NCBI RefSeq assembly: GCF_000143415.4
Contig: NW_003314263.1
Location: 285,114-349,113 of the forward strand
Reading direction: 5' to 3'
Length of the DNA stretch: 64,000 bases
DNA from: Selaginella moellendorffii
Taxonomy: Eukaryota; Plantae; Lycopodiophyta
Below are positions 39,169 to 51,084 of this stretch, one piece after another. Both the position numbers and the translations under genes were made by a program. Under the pieces are notes generated by a model. The model ran no database searches. It saw nothing but the letters and a program-made list of their open reading frames with translations, and was not told where the DNA came from. Each line of letters begins with the position of its first letter. Positions within the stretch are counted from its first letter, which is position 1.

Positions 39169-40175
39169 AGCCTGAGAGGGTGAAAGCCCAAAGCGTTCGT
39201 CTCCCAGACCCTGGGGGGTTTGGTGAGCCCCAAAAGTATAGTAGGGGGGAGGACTGCAGTGGAGCCAGTTTGGCCAGGAAAGGCCAGTTTGGCCCAGGAA
39301 GGCCGGACCCAGTGTTGGGTGATGAGCTGCCCACTGGGAAGTCCAAGACTAGAGTGAACACAGACCGACAAGCGGGGTAGCTTGGTGAAGTGTTCAAGAG
39401 CCGGCTCTAGTTCCCCCGGGAGATCGACTGGCCGATGCTCCCAGTCCAAGTGTGGGTGGCACTACCTACTTGGATACCAGGCGTGGCTCAACGGAACCTC
39501 GCTCTAAGCCCATGGCTAGAGCACCTAAAGGCGATAGGTGGGGAGAGTACCCAGGTGGCTTGCGTAAGGCCATGGTGTTCCGAAATGTTGTCCCAAAGGC
39601 CCAGACTGTGGAAAGGAAGAGGAGCAGTCCTCTGGGGTAGTGACCAAGGACACAGTCATGTGGTGAGGAAGTCCCAGAGGACCGTGGGACTTAGTGGTCG
39701 AGCCTGTGGGTCTCGATCCAGTGGCAGTGTTGGCAAACACGGCCAGGGGCAGAAAGGGACTTAGTGGGGACTGACAGAGGGATATTGGGGAAGGCTATTC
39801 CCCTTGTCGATGGGCATCCTAAGGATGCTAAGGAGTGGATCTGAGATGACCACTCACGGATGGTTTGCCTAGTCTTGGAGAGCCAAGACTGTGATGCAAG
39901 TGGTAGTGGACCACCAGTGTGGCAAAGGTGATTGGGCATGGCCTTAGCGTAACGGGCTGCTATGTCGGTGGTACCTTTGAGTGTCGGTCATGGGATCGGA
40001 CACGTGGAGCACTTGGACCAAGTGCAAATGTTGAGTGGCATGGATGCCATTCTCGGGGCTAGCAAGTCCCAAGTCCTGGATTGGACTTATGGAGGTTGTG
40101 AATGAGACTCCTCCAAGTGGTCGGAGGTGTGGTTAAGTGACTAAAGTAGAATGGAAAAATTAGTCGCTTACAACT

Positions 40176-40187
40176 TGGTATCGGAGC
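40176..40187 (+). promoter_or_regulatory. Primer-binding site, tRNA-iMet type
   Basis: TGGTATCGGAGC, 3 nt after the LTR-terminal CA (canonical TGGTATCAGAGC; the A>G change allows a G:U pair). Identical in E1. Confidence 0.88.
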
Positions 40188-43100
40188 TGTTCTTTAGTCC
40201 GACTTTTATTGGTGCTCAAGTATATCACCACTAGTGTTGGCATGGAAAGGTCCGAGGAGTGGGCCTATCCTTGAGGAGTAGCAAGTCGGGAAGACATGGC
40301 TCTCCATTACAGTTCATGTGTGAACTTGTAGACGAGGTGGTGGATAGAAAAGGGCTAATAATGGAACGACTTTGGGATCTTGGGAACAGTGCAAGGTTTT
40401 CCTCATTGAGTTGAGGATGTGATCCGGATGAGCATTTGTCTCAGCAAATTGGCTAAGGTTGTTGTGGTAAACAACTAAAGTTAGGATCACGGGAAAGATA
40501 GAGACTCCAAAACAATAAAGGAGTCACAAGATTATCCTCATATAGTTGAGGTTGGTGCTCATGAATGTGAGACCAGAGGTAATGACCGTGGGAGGTCAAA
40601 TATGGAAGAGGACTCAAGTCCTTGAAATTGTAGCCGGGGCTACCTTTAATAAATGCTGGAACAACCCAAGGAGTTGGGGGGTGTACTTAGAGATGAGTTG
40701 GTATTCTCATCACATGGACAAGTAGTCCTAAGGGGCAAAGGTTGCCCACAGAGAACAAAATCAAGTGTCAGAGTAACACTTGTGAAAATAGTCCTTTTGA
40801 GTAGGACAGGAATGCAAGAAGTGTATTCCAGTGAGCTAGTGCCTCACAAGTAGGACCTTACAGGTCTGTGGATTAACCAAGTCCAAAACTGCTAGACGAC
40901 TCAAGTAGAGTGAAGAGATGGTCCTAAAAGGACTGATGGAAGCATTTGGACTAAGGTGTGTTGTACCCCACAAAGGATGGGGGGGGGATCATAGGATCCA
41001 AGGATGAGAACAGAGGGTATCTCATCGATGGCAAAATGTGCCATGCTAAAGTTATGGGAAAGGTGTTCCCAGAAGAAAACAACTTTGACACAAAGTTGTG
41101 TGTGACCTCTATGGTGCAGTGCTAACGGATGGTTGGCATGAGAAAGAGCGGTGTTGGTCTTGGCAAAGACTTAAACACGAAGGGGAAGTGTCATAGAGGT
41201 AGGCTCGTGGAGCCGATGGTGTGGAGACACCAAATGTGCCAAGGTGTGATACCTTGAGGCTATGTTGGTGGGTTCATGAGAACCCCTTGCCAAAGGAATC
41301 CCAATGGAAATGGGAATGGCATAGCCTAAGCTGCAGAGCATGCAGTTGGAGTGTGGTGACCCAGATAGTGATGGAGGTGTGAAAGCACCAAGCAATGAGT
41401 TGTAGGACTTGACAACTATGAGGCAACTAAGCAAGAGGTGCAAAATAACTGGTTAAACGGGTAGAAGGTAGCTACCCAAGACTTTTAGCATAGGGAAGTC
41501 GGATATACCCTTACGGGGGATAAGTTGCTTATGTTGCGATATAGTAAGTCAATGTCATAAAAGGAAATACTCATTGTCAAGAAAGCCATTATTGGGACAC
41601 CCGAACACTCTAGAACACCAGAAGATGGTGTTTGATGTCGCGAGGGCAATGGATAAAGCCCAAGGGACTAAGTCCCTAGCGAATGATGGATAGAAGGTGC
41701 TATCCAAATGTCCAAGGTTGCAGAGACAGGAGAGGACTGTCTACCCGAGTTGGACAAAGCCAAAAATGGAATTTTGGCAAGGCTAGTGATGGGCATGTAA
41801 AGGCCCATAAGCAACAATGTAATCCCAGTGTGTGGGATTATAAGGTGAGCATACCCGGATTGAGGAACCACTCCCTGGGCTATTGGGTAGGTTCATCCCT
41901 AAGAATACTTGCTAAGGCATGATAGAAAGTGCAAAGCTATCCTCCTGGTCTGGAGGAGAATGACCGAAGGAAAGGTGTGAAGCCAAAAGCAAGAAGTAAG
42001 GGTATGGAACTGAACCATAGAAATCAAAGGGCATATCCAACAGTGGTTATGAAAGTTGGGAGTGGAGAATCAAGAGGGTGCTCGAGGATGTTGTTGCTAG
42101 CAACCGTGATGCCATGGAGAGTCTAAAATATGGAATTGTCCATGTTAGACTATATGGCAACTATAAAGCTTGCGAAAAGGGAGGCCTTAGCAAGCTGAGG
42201 GACAGAGTTCCTTCAAGGTTCCCAAAGACGATTCTAGGTAGCGTAGTACCTAGAAAGGCCGAGTGTAAATGGTTCATGGAATGCGCGAAATCAGAGTGGC
42301 GCAGCAGAAGCGTGGTCTTGAAGTTTGCCATGAGGCAAGGTTATCAAGGTTAGGGAAGTAGTTCCCGAGTGTTCAAAGAAAGGGCTTTGAACGAAAGTCG
42401 ATGGTCAAGGACTTTCACGCTTATGCAGGAACCATGTTACAGTGGTCGGAGGACTTGCCAAGCGAGATTGGCACGTCGGGGGAACAAAGACCCTAGTTGA
42501 AGGTGATAACTTCAAAAAGGGGTGGGCCATGGGGCCGAGCATGGAGGAGTCCATGCATGATCACAAACATGTCAAGTGAGAGGACTTGGCAGTGTGGAGG
42601 AACTAGGTTCCTAAACTGTGATCTGTAGCGCGCTTTAAAATAAGTTGGTGCACCGGCGTGGGGAGTCACGCCAGGCATCTTGTGTGATGCCGTCCGTAGA
42701 TGCATATACGGAGGTTGGGTTCGAGTCCCGACCCTCTAGTGCTTGGGTTCGAGTCCCAAATCACTAGGGCGTGGTGATGGTTTGGAATATGAGGACATTC
42801 ATATTTCGGTGGTCATGGACTCTCAGTGGGGAGACTGGTTTGGGCACACCGCCAAGCGAGGGATGCCTCGGAGTCGTGATGCACGGTTAGATTGCTTAGT
42901 GTGAAAGCTCGACATATCTAACTTGAACGCTTTGGTGCACGTGGCACCAAGGACGTGGTGAGTGAGATGGGGACACCTAATCTCAATTGCTATGGACCCT
43001 TGGCCGGAAGGGCTGGCTTGGGCGCACCGCCAAGTGTGGGGGATGCCCCCGGGGTCGTAGTTAACAAGTTAAAGGTCTGGAAGACCTAGTACCTATTGGC

Positions 43101-44509
43101 AAACCTGTTAGGGTGCCGAGGTGAGATCACTAGGTGATCTTGTGGCCAAATAAGGATAAAGTCCTTGTTTGGGCTAAGGAATAAGGTTCCTAGTTCAAAG
43201 TGTTGATTTGAACTATTGATGATGGTGTGGCTTGGTCAAGGTGACCAAGTGGGAAAAGCACCTTAGGGAAATGAGCTATGTCATTGCGATGGCATAGTGT
43301 GTCCAAGGAAAGTAGTCTCTAAAGAGACCCATAGGAGGGTCACAAAGTTGAGCCGTGGATAGAGGCCATAGCAGAAAATGCTAAAGAGACCTACTAGGGG
43401 TGAGCACCCTCTGGACTTGGCAAAGTGGAGCTTTTCCATGGAACCAAAAGAATACCTCAAGGAGGGAGGTAGTGATCCTGTGTTGCTTGATGCAACAATC
43501 AATGGATAGGAGCAAAAGATGAGTGGCCAAAATAGGGCTGTGGAATCCCTTAGAAGGAATCCAAGTGGCAAAGTTAGGTGAGGAACACTAATGTGTTGGA
43601 CACTAACAAATTGCGGGAAAGGAAGTGTGTTTCCAAGGATGGATTCCAAATTGCTCCGATTTGGCGAAAGTGGAAGCTCCAAGAGAGGGAGCGGTAAGGT
43701 AGCCAAATGATAGGGCCATGGACAGCCCTAGCACAAAGTATGATAAATGGAACTTAGTGCCCAAGGTGGCACGAAATAGAAGAGAGGATGATGGTGCCCT
43801 CAAGTAAAGAACTTCTTAGGATGAGGGAGTGGAGTTGCACAATATGTGCAATGCAAGGTGTTGGAGACACCTAAGGAATTGACTTCCAGAAGTCAAAGAG
43901 TAAAAGTTCCAAGGTGCAAACGTTCAATCAATGGAAATTGAGACTACTCGAGAAGGAGTAGTGGGATTGACTTAGAGAAGGGTCTCTAAAAGGTTTAGCA
44001 AGAACTAAATCAATAAAAGGAGAGAACCACTGCATGTGGTCTAATCAGTCTCTAAGTTGGAGAGACTACCCTCCTTAGAGGATGGGCAAGGCATGGTGAG
44101 CCTTTGGTGTCAAACCATTGACGAGTATGGAGAAGGCATGGTGAGCCTTCAATATCAAACCATTGACAAATATTGGCTAGGTGCCAAGGATGGAAATGGT
44201 AACACATGCGGGTGTTACTTTATAAAATGGTTTACCGTTCGATGAGGACATCGAACTTCGTCTATGGGTGGTGGAGTTGTGAGACACAAAATCCCTAGGC
44301 CCCAAAGTGGAGCTGGAAGGGCGCCACGTGGTAGTGGCCGAGGCAAAAGCCAAACGAGCGTAACACATTTGGACTAAAAGCTCCGACTTGAAAGGTCGAG
44401 AGCGGGAGTGGAACTCCCAACAAAGTGCTCGAGGAACGAGCACGAAGCGAGCAATAAGCGAGGCTCCAAAAAGGGACCCAAAGGGACCAACACATGACAC
44501 ATGGAAGTG

Positions 44510-44990
44510 TCTGAGATGGACCCGAGATGGAGTCCGAGGTGGAGTCCGAGGTGGACCCGAGATGGACCCGATATGGAGTCCGAGATGGAGTCCGAGATGG
44601 AGTCCGAGATGGGACCCGAGATGGAGTCCGAGATGGGACCCGAGATGGAGTCCGAGATGGACCCGAGATGGAGTCCAAGATGGAGTCCGAGGTGGAGTCC
44701 GAGGTGGAGTCCGAGATGGAGTCCGAGATGGAGTCTGAGATGGAGTCCGAGATGGACCCGAGATGGAGTCCGAGATGGAGTCCGAGATGGAGTCCGAGGT
44801 GGACCCGAGATGGAGTCCGAGATGGAGTCCGAGATGGACCCGAAATGGAGTCCGAGATGGACCCGAGATGGAGTCTGAGATGGACCCGAAATGGAGTCCG
44901 AGATGGACCCGAGATGGAGTCTGAGATGGAGTCCGAGATGGAGTCCGAGATGGAGTCCGAGATGGAGTCCGAAGTCGAGACCGAGACCGG

Positions 44991-45028
<38 letters not shown>

Positions 45029-45164
45029 TCGGGACCGAGAACGAGACCGAGGCCGAGGCCGAGACCGAGCCCGAGCCCGAGTCCGAGTCCGAGTCCGAGT
45101 CCGAGTCCGAGTCCGAGTCCGAGTCCGAGTCCGAGTCCGAGTCCGAGTCCGAGTCCGAGTCCGG
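44510..45164 (+). repeat. LTR tandem array in the E2 3' LTR
   Basis: Directly visible. Confidence 0.95.
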
Positions 45165-48100
45165 AGCCTGAGAGGGTGAAAGCCCAAAGCGTTCGTCTCC
45201 CAGACCCTGGGGGGTTTGGTGAGCTCCAAAAGTATAGTAGGGGGGAGGACTGCAGTGGAGCCAGTTTGGCCAGGAAAGGCCAGTTTGGCCCAGGAAGGCC
45301 GGACCCAGTGTTGGGTGATGAGCTGCCCACTGGGAAGTCCAAGACTAGAGTGAACACGGACCGACAAGCGGGGTAGCTTGGTGAAGTGTTCAAGAGCCGG
45401 CTCTAGTTCCCCCGGGAGATCGACTGGCCGATGCTCCCAATCCAAGTGTGGGTGGCACTACCTACTTGGATACCAGGCGTGGCTCAACGGAACCTCGCTC
45501 TAAGCCCATGGCTAGAGCACCTAAAGGCGATAGGTGGGGAGAGTACCCAGGTGGCTTGCGTAAGGCCACGGTGTTCCGAAATGTTGTCCCAAAGGCCCAG
45601 ACTGTGGAAAGGAAGAGGAGCAGTCCTCTGGGGTAGTGACCAAGGACACAGTCGTGTGGTGAGGAAGTCCCAGAGGACCGTGGGACTTAGTGGTCGAGCC
45701 TGTGGGTCTCGATCCAGTGGCAGTGTTGGCAAACACGGCCAGGGGCAGAAAGGGACTTAGTGGGGACTGACAGAGGGATATTGGGGAAGGCTATTCCCCT
45801 TGTCGATGGGCATCCTAAGGATGCTAAGGAGTGGATCTGAGATGACCACTCACGGATGGTTTGCCTAGTCTTGGAGAGCCAAGACTGTGATGCAAGTGGT
45901 AGTGGACCACCAGTGTGGCAAAGGTGATTGGGCATGGCCTTAGCGTAACGAGCTGCTATGTTGGTGGTACCTTTGAGTGTCGGTCATGGGATCGGACACG
46001 TGGAGCACTTGGACCAAGTGCAAATGTTGAGTGGCATGGATGCCATTCTCGGGGCTAGCAAGTCCCAAGTCCTGGATTGGACTTATGGAGGTTGTGAATG
46101 AGACTCCTCCAAGTGGTCGGAGGTGTGGTTAAGTGACTAAAGTAGAATGGAAAAATTAGTCGTTTACAGCTTCCAAGTCTTCTCACTTGACAAACTAGTT
46201 AATTAGCCTATGATTGTGCATGGACTCTTCCATGTTTGGCCCCATGGGCCACCCCTTTTTATATCAACACCTTCAACTAAAGTCTTTTTTCCTCCGACTT
46301 ACCATTTTCGCTTAGCAAGTCACATGACAAGCATAATATAGTTCTATGCATAAGCGTGAAAGTCCTTAAACATTAACTTTTGTTCAAAGTTATTTCTTTG
46401 AACACTTGGGAACTATTTCCCCAACTTTGATAGTTTCACCTTATGGCAAGCTTCAAGGAAGATAAGTGTAAATGGTTTATAGAAATGTGTAAAATTAAAA
46501 TGGTGCAGCAAAAGGGTGACCACCTAGAAAATTATTTGGGAACATTGAATGAATTTTGTCCCTTAGCTTGTTAAAGCTTCTTTTTTTGCAAGTTTCTTAT
46601 CTGGCATATAGTCTAATATGGATAATCCTATATTTTAAACTCACCATAGCACCATGGTTGCCAGTAACAACACTTTTGAGCACTCACTCAATTTTTATAG
46701 TTTAGTTTTATCCTTTTATTATTTGCTTCTTGCCGGTTATTCCCCTCTCAACTATGAGGGTAGCTTTACACTTTCTATTATGCATTAGCAAGTATTCTTA
46801 AGGATGAATTTACTCAATGACCTAAGGAGTGATTCTTCAATTTGGATATATTCACATTGTAATTCCACACATTAGAATTAATGTTGCTACTTATAGGCTT
46901 TTTTATGCTCGTCACTAGTCTTGCCAAAAATAATTTGGTATTGTTTAATTTAGATAAATGGGCTTCTCTTGTTTCTGCAACTTTGGACATTGAATAACAC
47001 TTTTTATCCATTATTTACTAGGGGCTTAGTCCCTTAAACTTTATCTAATGCCCTCCTAATACCAAATACCACTTCCTAGTGGTTTTGAGTGCTTAGGTGT
47101 TCAATAATGGCCTTTTTTAACAATGAGCATTTCCTTTTATGTCATTGATTTATTGTATTGCAACATAAACAATTTATCCCTTAATAACCTCATTTTTATC
47201 TTAATAAAAAGTCTTGGAAAATTCACTTCTACCAATCTAATCAATTATGCCACATCTTTCACTTAGTTGCTTTATAATTATTAAGTCTTACAACTCATTG
47301 CTAATGCTTTCATACATTTATCATTATTTAGGTCAATACACTTGAGTCATATGCCTTTTAGCTTAGGCTATGTTAATCTCAGTTCTATTGAGATTCCTTT
47401 AATAAGGGGTTCCCATGAACCCACAAACTTGACCTCAAGACATCATCTCTTAAGACATTTGGGGTTTCCACCTCATTAACTCCATGAGCCTACCCTCATA
47501 AGTTTTATCAAAACGAAAGCAATTGTTTTTTATACCAACTATTGGTTAGCATTACTCCATAGTTTTCATATACAATTCTTTGCTAAAATTGTTATCTTTC
47601 GTAAACACATTTTCACAACTTTAGAATGATATTTTCTGCTATCAATAAAATACCCACTATTCTCATATTTAAATCTCATAATCCTCCTAATCATTTATAA
47701 AGTACAACATATCATTCAAGTGGGATTCTTTCAAGCCTTTGGGATTATCCTTTGACTTTACTAAGTCATTTAGCTTTAATGATCCAGAAGATGTTAGATT
47801 GATTTCAAGATACTATGCTAGAGGAATTATTGGCAAGGTTACCCCCTGCCCAATCAATAAAAAACATTGAGTTGGTCAAGGGTGCTATAGTAGTGGTTCA
47901 TCCCCCCTATCAATTAAACAAAAAAGAACTCAAGGAGACCAAATCCCTGTAAGGTCCTAGCCTCTTAGCTACTTTTGAGGTGCCACCATACTTGAATATA
48001 ACTTATTGTATTTGCCTCTTATTCACAAAGATTGTCTTTACAAGTGTTATTCCAACACTTATTTATCCTTTGTTTTATATAGGCTATTTTTGCCTTTTAG

Positions 48101-48389
48101 AATTATTTTCTCATATAATGAGAACACTAACTCATCCTTTAAGTACACCCCCCAATTCCTTAGGTTATTCCGGCTTTTATTAAAGGTAGCCCCAACTACC
48201 ATTTCAAGAACATTACTTTGTATTTGACCTCTCACTATCATTAACTTTATTCTTAAATTTATGAGCACCATCCTTAACCATATAGATAATCATATGACTC
48301 TTTTATTGTCTTAGAGTACCTTTCCCATGATCCCAACTATAGTTGTTTACCATAACCACATTAGCTAATTTGATAAGTGAAACACTTAC

Positions 48390-49810
48390 TATAAACGACT
48401 AAATTTTCCATTCTGCTTTAATCACTTAGCCACACTTCCAACCACTTGGAGAAATCTCACTTACAACCTCCATAAGTTTTATTCCAGACTTGGGGACTTA
48501 CTAGCCTCAAGAATGGTATCCATGCCACTCAACCATTGCACTTGGTCCAAGTGCCACATGTCCAATCCCATGATTGACACCCAAAGGTGCCATTGATATA
48601 TCAGTCCATTATACTAAGGCCATGCGTATTCACCTTTGTCACTCCGGTGGTCCAACACCACCATTGGACCACCACCTGTATTACGGTCTGTCTCTCAAAG
48701 ACTGAGTCATCCATCTAGGAGTGATTATCCTAGATCCACTCCTTAACATCCTTAGGATGCTCATAGTCATAGGGAATAACCTTCCTCAATATCCGTTTTT
48801 TAATGTCTACTAAGTCTCTTTTCTTCCACGGCCATATTTGCCAACACTACCACTGAATTAGGGCTTAAAGGCCCGACCACTATGTACCACTAACTTCTGG
48901 GACTTCCTTGCCATATGATTGCATCTTTGGTCACCACATAAGAGGATTGCATCTCTTCCTTTCTTTAGTCTGGGACTCTATAACAACATTTCGAAACACT
49001 GCAGCCTTACGCAAGTCTCATAGGTACTCTCCCCACCTTCTGCCTTTGGGTGCCGTAGCCATAAGGCTAGAGCAAGGTTCTAATTAGCCACACCACGTAT
49101 CCAAGTAGGTAGTGCCACCCACATCTAAATTGGGAACATCGACCATTCGATCTCCCAAAGGAGTTAGAGTCAGCTCTTGAATAGTTCACCAAACTACCCC
49201 ACTTGTTTATTCATATTCACTCTAGCCTTGGACTCTTCAATGGTTATATCATCACCCAACACTTGGGTATAGCCTTCTTGGGTCACATTGACCTTTCCTG
49301 GATAAATTGGTTCCACTAGAATCTAACCCCACACTCTCCCTACTATACTTTTGGAACCTCTTGTAACCCCGCCCCCTACCGGGGGATAATCTCTTTGGGC
49401 TTTCACCCAACAGTCTGTATTAATATCTGGACTCAGACTCAAAGTCAATCTTGGTCTTGATTCCATTTTAAACTCCATCTTGGGTCTATCTTGGGTCCAT
49501 CTGGGACTCCATTTGGGATTCCATCTCAGCTCCATCTTAGACTCCATCTCAAACTCTATTTCGGGTCTGTCTATCTTGACACTTTCACGTATCATGTGTT
49601 AGTCCTCTTATGTCCTTTTTTTAGAGATTCACTTATTGTTCACTTTGTGCTCGTTCCTTAAGAGTTTGTTGAGAGTTCACTCCCACTTTTGACTTTTCAA
49701 GTCGAAACTTTTAGTTCAAATGTGTTACTTTTGTTTGGCTTCAGCTTCAGCCACTACCACATGACACCCTTTCAACTCCACTTTTGGGGATCTGAGATTT
49801 GTGTCTCACA
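48390..49810 (-). mobile_element. Solo LTR S3 inserted in H
   Basis: tataaacgactaaattttcc...gtgtctcaCA with TSD CTTAC/CTTAT. The H interior rejoins across it. Confidence 0.85.
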
Positions 49811-51084
49811 CTTATATAGATTATATCTTCAACTCTTTGAGAAAAACTTTCTATTGTTCCCAAGATCCCAAAGTCGTTTCTTTATTAACCCTTTTCTATC
49901 TACCATATTGCTTACATATATACGTATGAACTCAAATGGAGAGTCATGCCCTCTTGACATACTATTCCTTGAGGATAAATCTAGTTATAGGATCCAGATG
50001 CCAAGTGGTGATATACTTTACCACCAATTAAAGTCAAACTAAGGAACAGTTATGATACCAAATTGTAAGAGATTAAATTTTCCATTCTCCTAAATAGCAT
50101 TTATCTTTACATTTGGCCCAAGTGCTCCACATGTCCAATTTCATTACAAACACCCAAAGGTAGCATTGACATATTAACCTGTTATACTAAAGCTATATCC
50201 ATTCACCTAATACCATTTATACCACAAACCCATCTCCCAAAGACTAAGTTATCCATCCATGAGTGATCATCCTTTGACCACACATTAGCACCTTTAGGAT
50301 GCTTAGAGACATGGGGAATATCCTTCCTCCATCAATCCCCACTAAATCCTACTCCATCCACAACAGTGTTTACCAACACTACCATTTAATTAGGGTTTAA
50401 AGGCTCGACCACTTAGTTTTGGGACTTCCTCACCATGCCTTCAAAAGGATTGTTTTTTTCCTTTTCATTTTGGGATAACATTCGAAACACTGTAGCTCTA
50501 CATAAACCTTGTGGGTACTCTCCCCACTTTCTACCTTAGGGTGCCCTAGCCATGTGGCTGGAGCGAGGTTTTTATGAACCACGCTAATTCTCCACTTTGG
50601 TGGCAAGCACGTGCAGCATCTGTCAAGGTATTACCCGGTCAGCAATCCAAACATGGAACATGGATAAACTTTCAAAAAAGCTGTGGGAATTGACGAACTG
50701 CAGTTATAGTTGGCTATCTACCTACCCATGACACAATAGGGCAGATGAATTTAGGAGCAAGAGCTCAAAGATAACCTCAAAATTGTTATCAAACTTGGAA
50801 ATAGAATTTACACGAGTTGAGTTTCTCCAGGTGTTGAGTTTCTCACTTAAACTCCTCTCCATTTTCAGATCCTGCTTAGAACAGCAAGGCAAGTGTGGAG
50901 GAGAGAGACACTGCACCGGACTGCTCCAAGGTCAATCCCAAAAAATGACGCATCAGTAGAGAAGAACAGCCTTTGCCGGAGTTTCTATTTACATTGATTT
51001 TGCCAAGGCCGGCAATCGTCAGACTGAGAAATCTCTAGTTCTCTGAGACGCTGTGAATAAAAACTTCCCCAGATTAGATTTTAA

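Larger units (their letters stand above)
38330..46168 (+). mobile_element. Full-length non-autonomous LTR retrotransposon E2 inserted in H
   Basis: 5' LTR 38330-40172 (1843 bp), 3' LTR 44278-46168 (1891 bp). PBS 40176-40187, PPT 44266-44277, perfect TSD GCTTC (38325-38329 / 46169-46173). Confidence 0.95.
25478..50585 (-). mobile_element. Old host copy (H) of the non-coding LTR element, interrupted by five younger insertions
   Basis: Partial 3' LTR 25478-25855 with PPT. Interior pieces 25856-27208, 38093-38329, 46174-48389 and 49816-50063 are colinear with the interior of 28696-36294. Decayed PBS (tatgatacca 50051-50060). Partial 5' LTR from 50064. Confidence 0.85.

Noticed and set aside
38330-40172. 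Retrozyme (hammerhead in the LTR)
   Set aside because: No CUGANGA...GAAA core seen by eye, and the LTRs are much longer than retrozyme LTRs. An Infernal search would settle it.
42690-42770. tRNA gene or tRNA-SINE at GGGTTCGAGTCCC
   Set aside because: No acceptor stem, D-arm/A-box or anticodon arm could be built, and no tail or TSD. Kept only as a motif.
28037-45164. Arrays as CRISPR or telomere repeats
   Set aside because: No unique spacers, not TTTAGGG, eukaryotic context, and confined to LTRs.
27827-45445. Long RS/SD/LG/ES-repeat ORFs (up to 422 aa) over the LTRs
   Set aside because: The repeat units have no stop in any frame. The ORFs overlap in all six frames, often start at non-ATG codons, and shift frame between sister LTRs.
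50590-51050. Continuation of TPL after the TE island
   Set aside because: No SASGGK/FHPQDNN-type motifs. It looks like a different, unidentified remnant.
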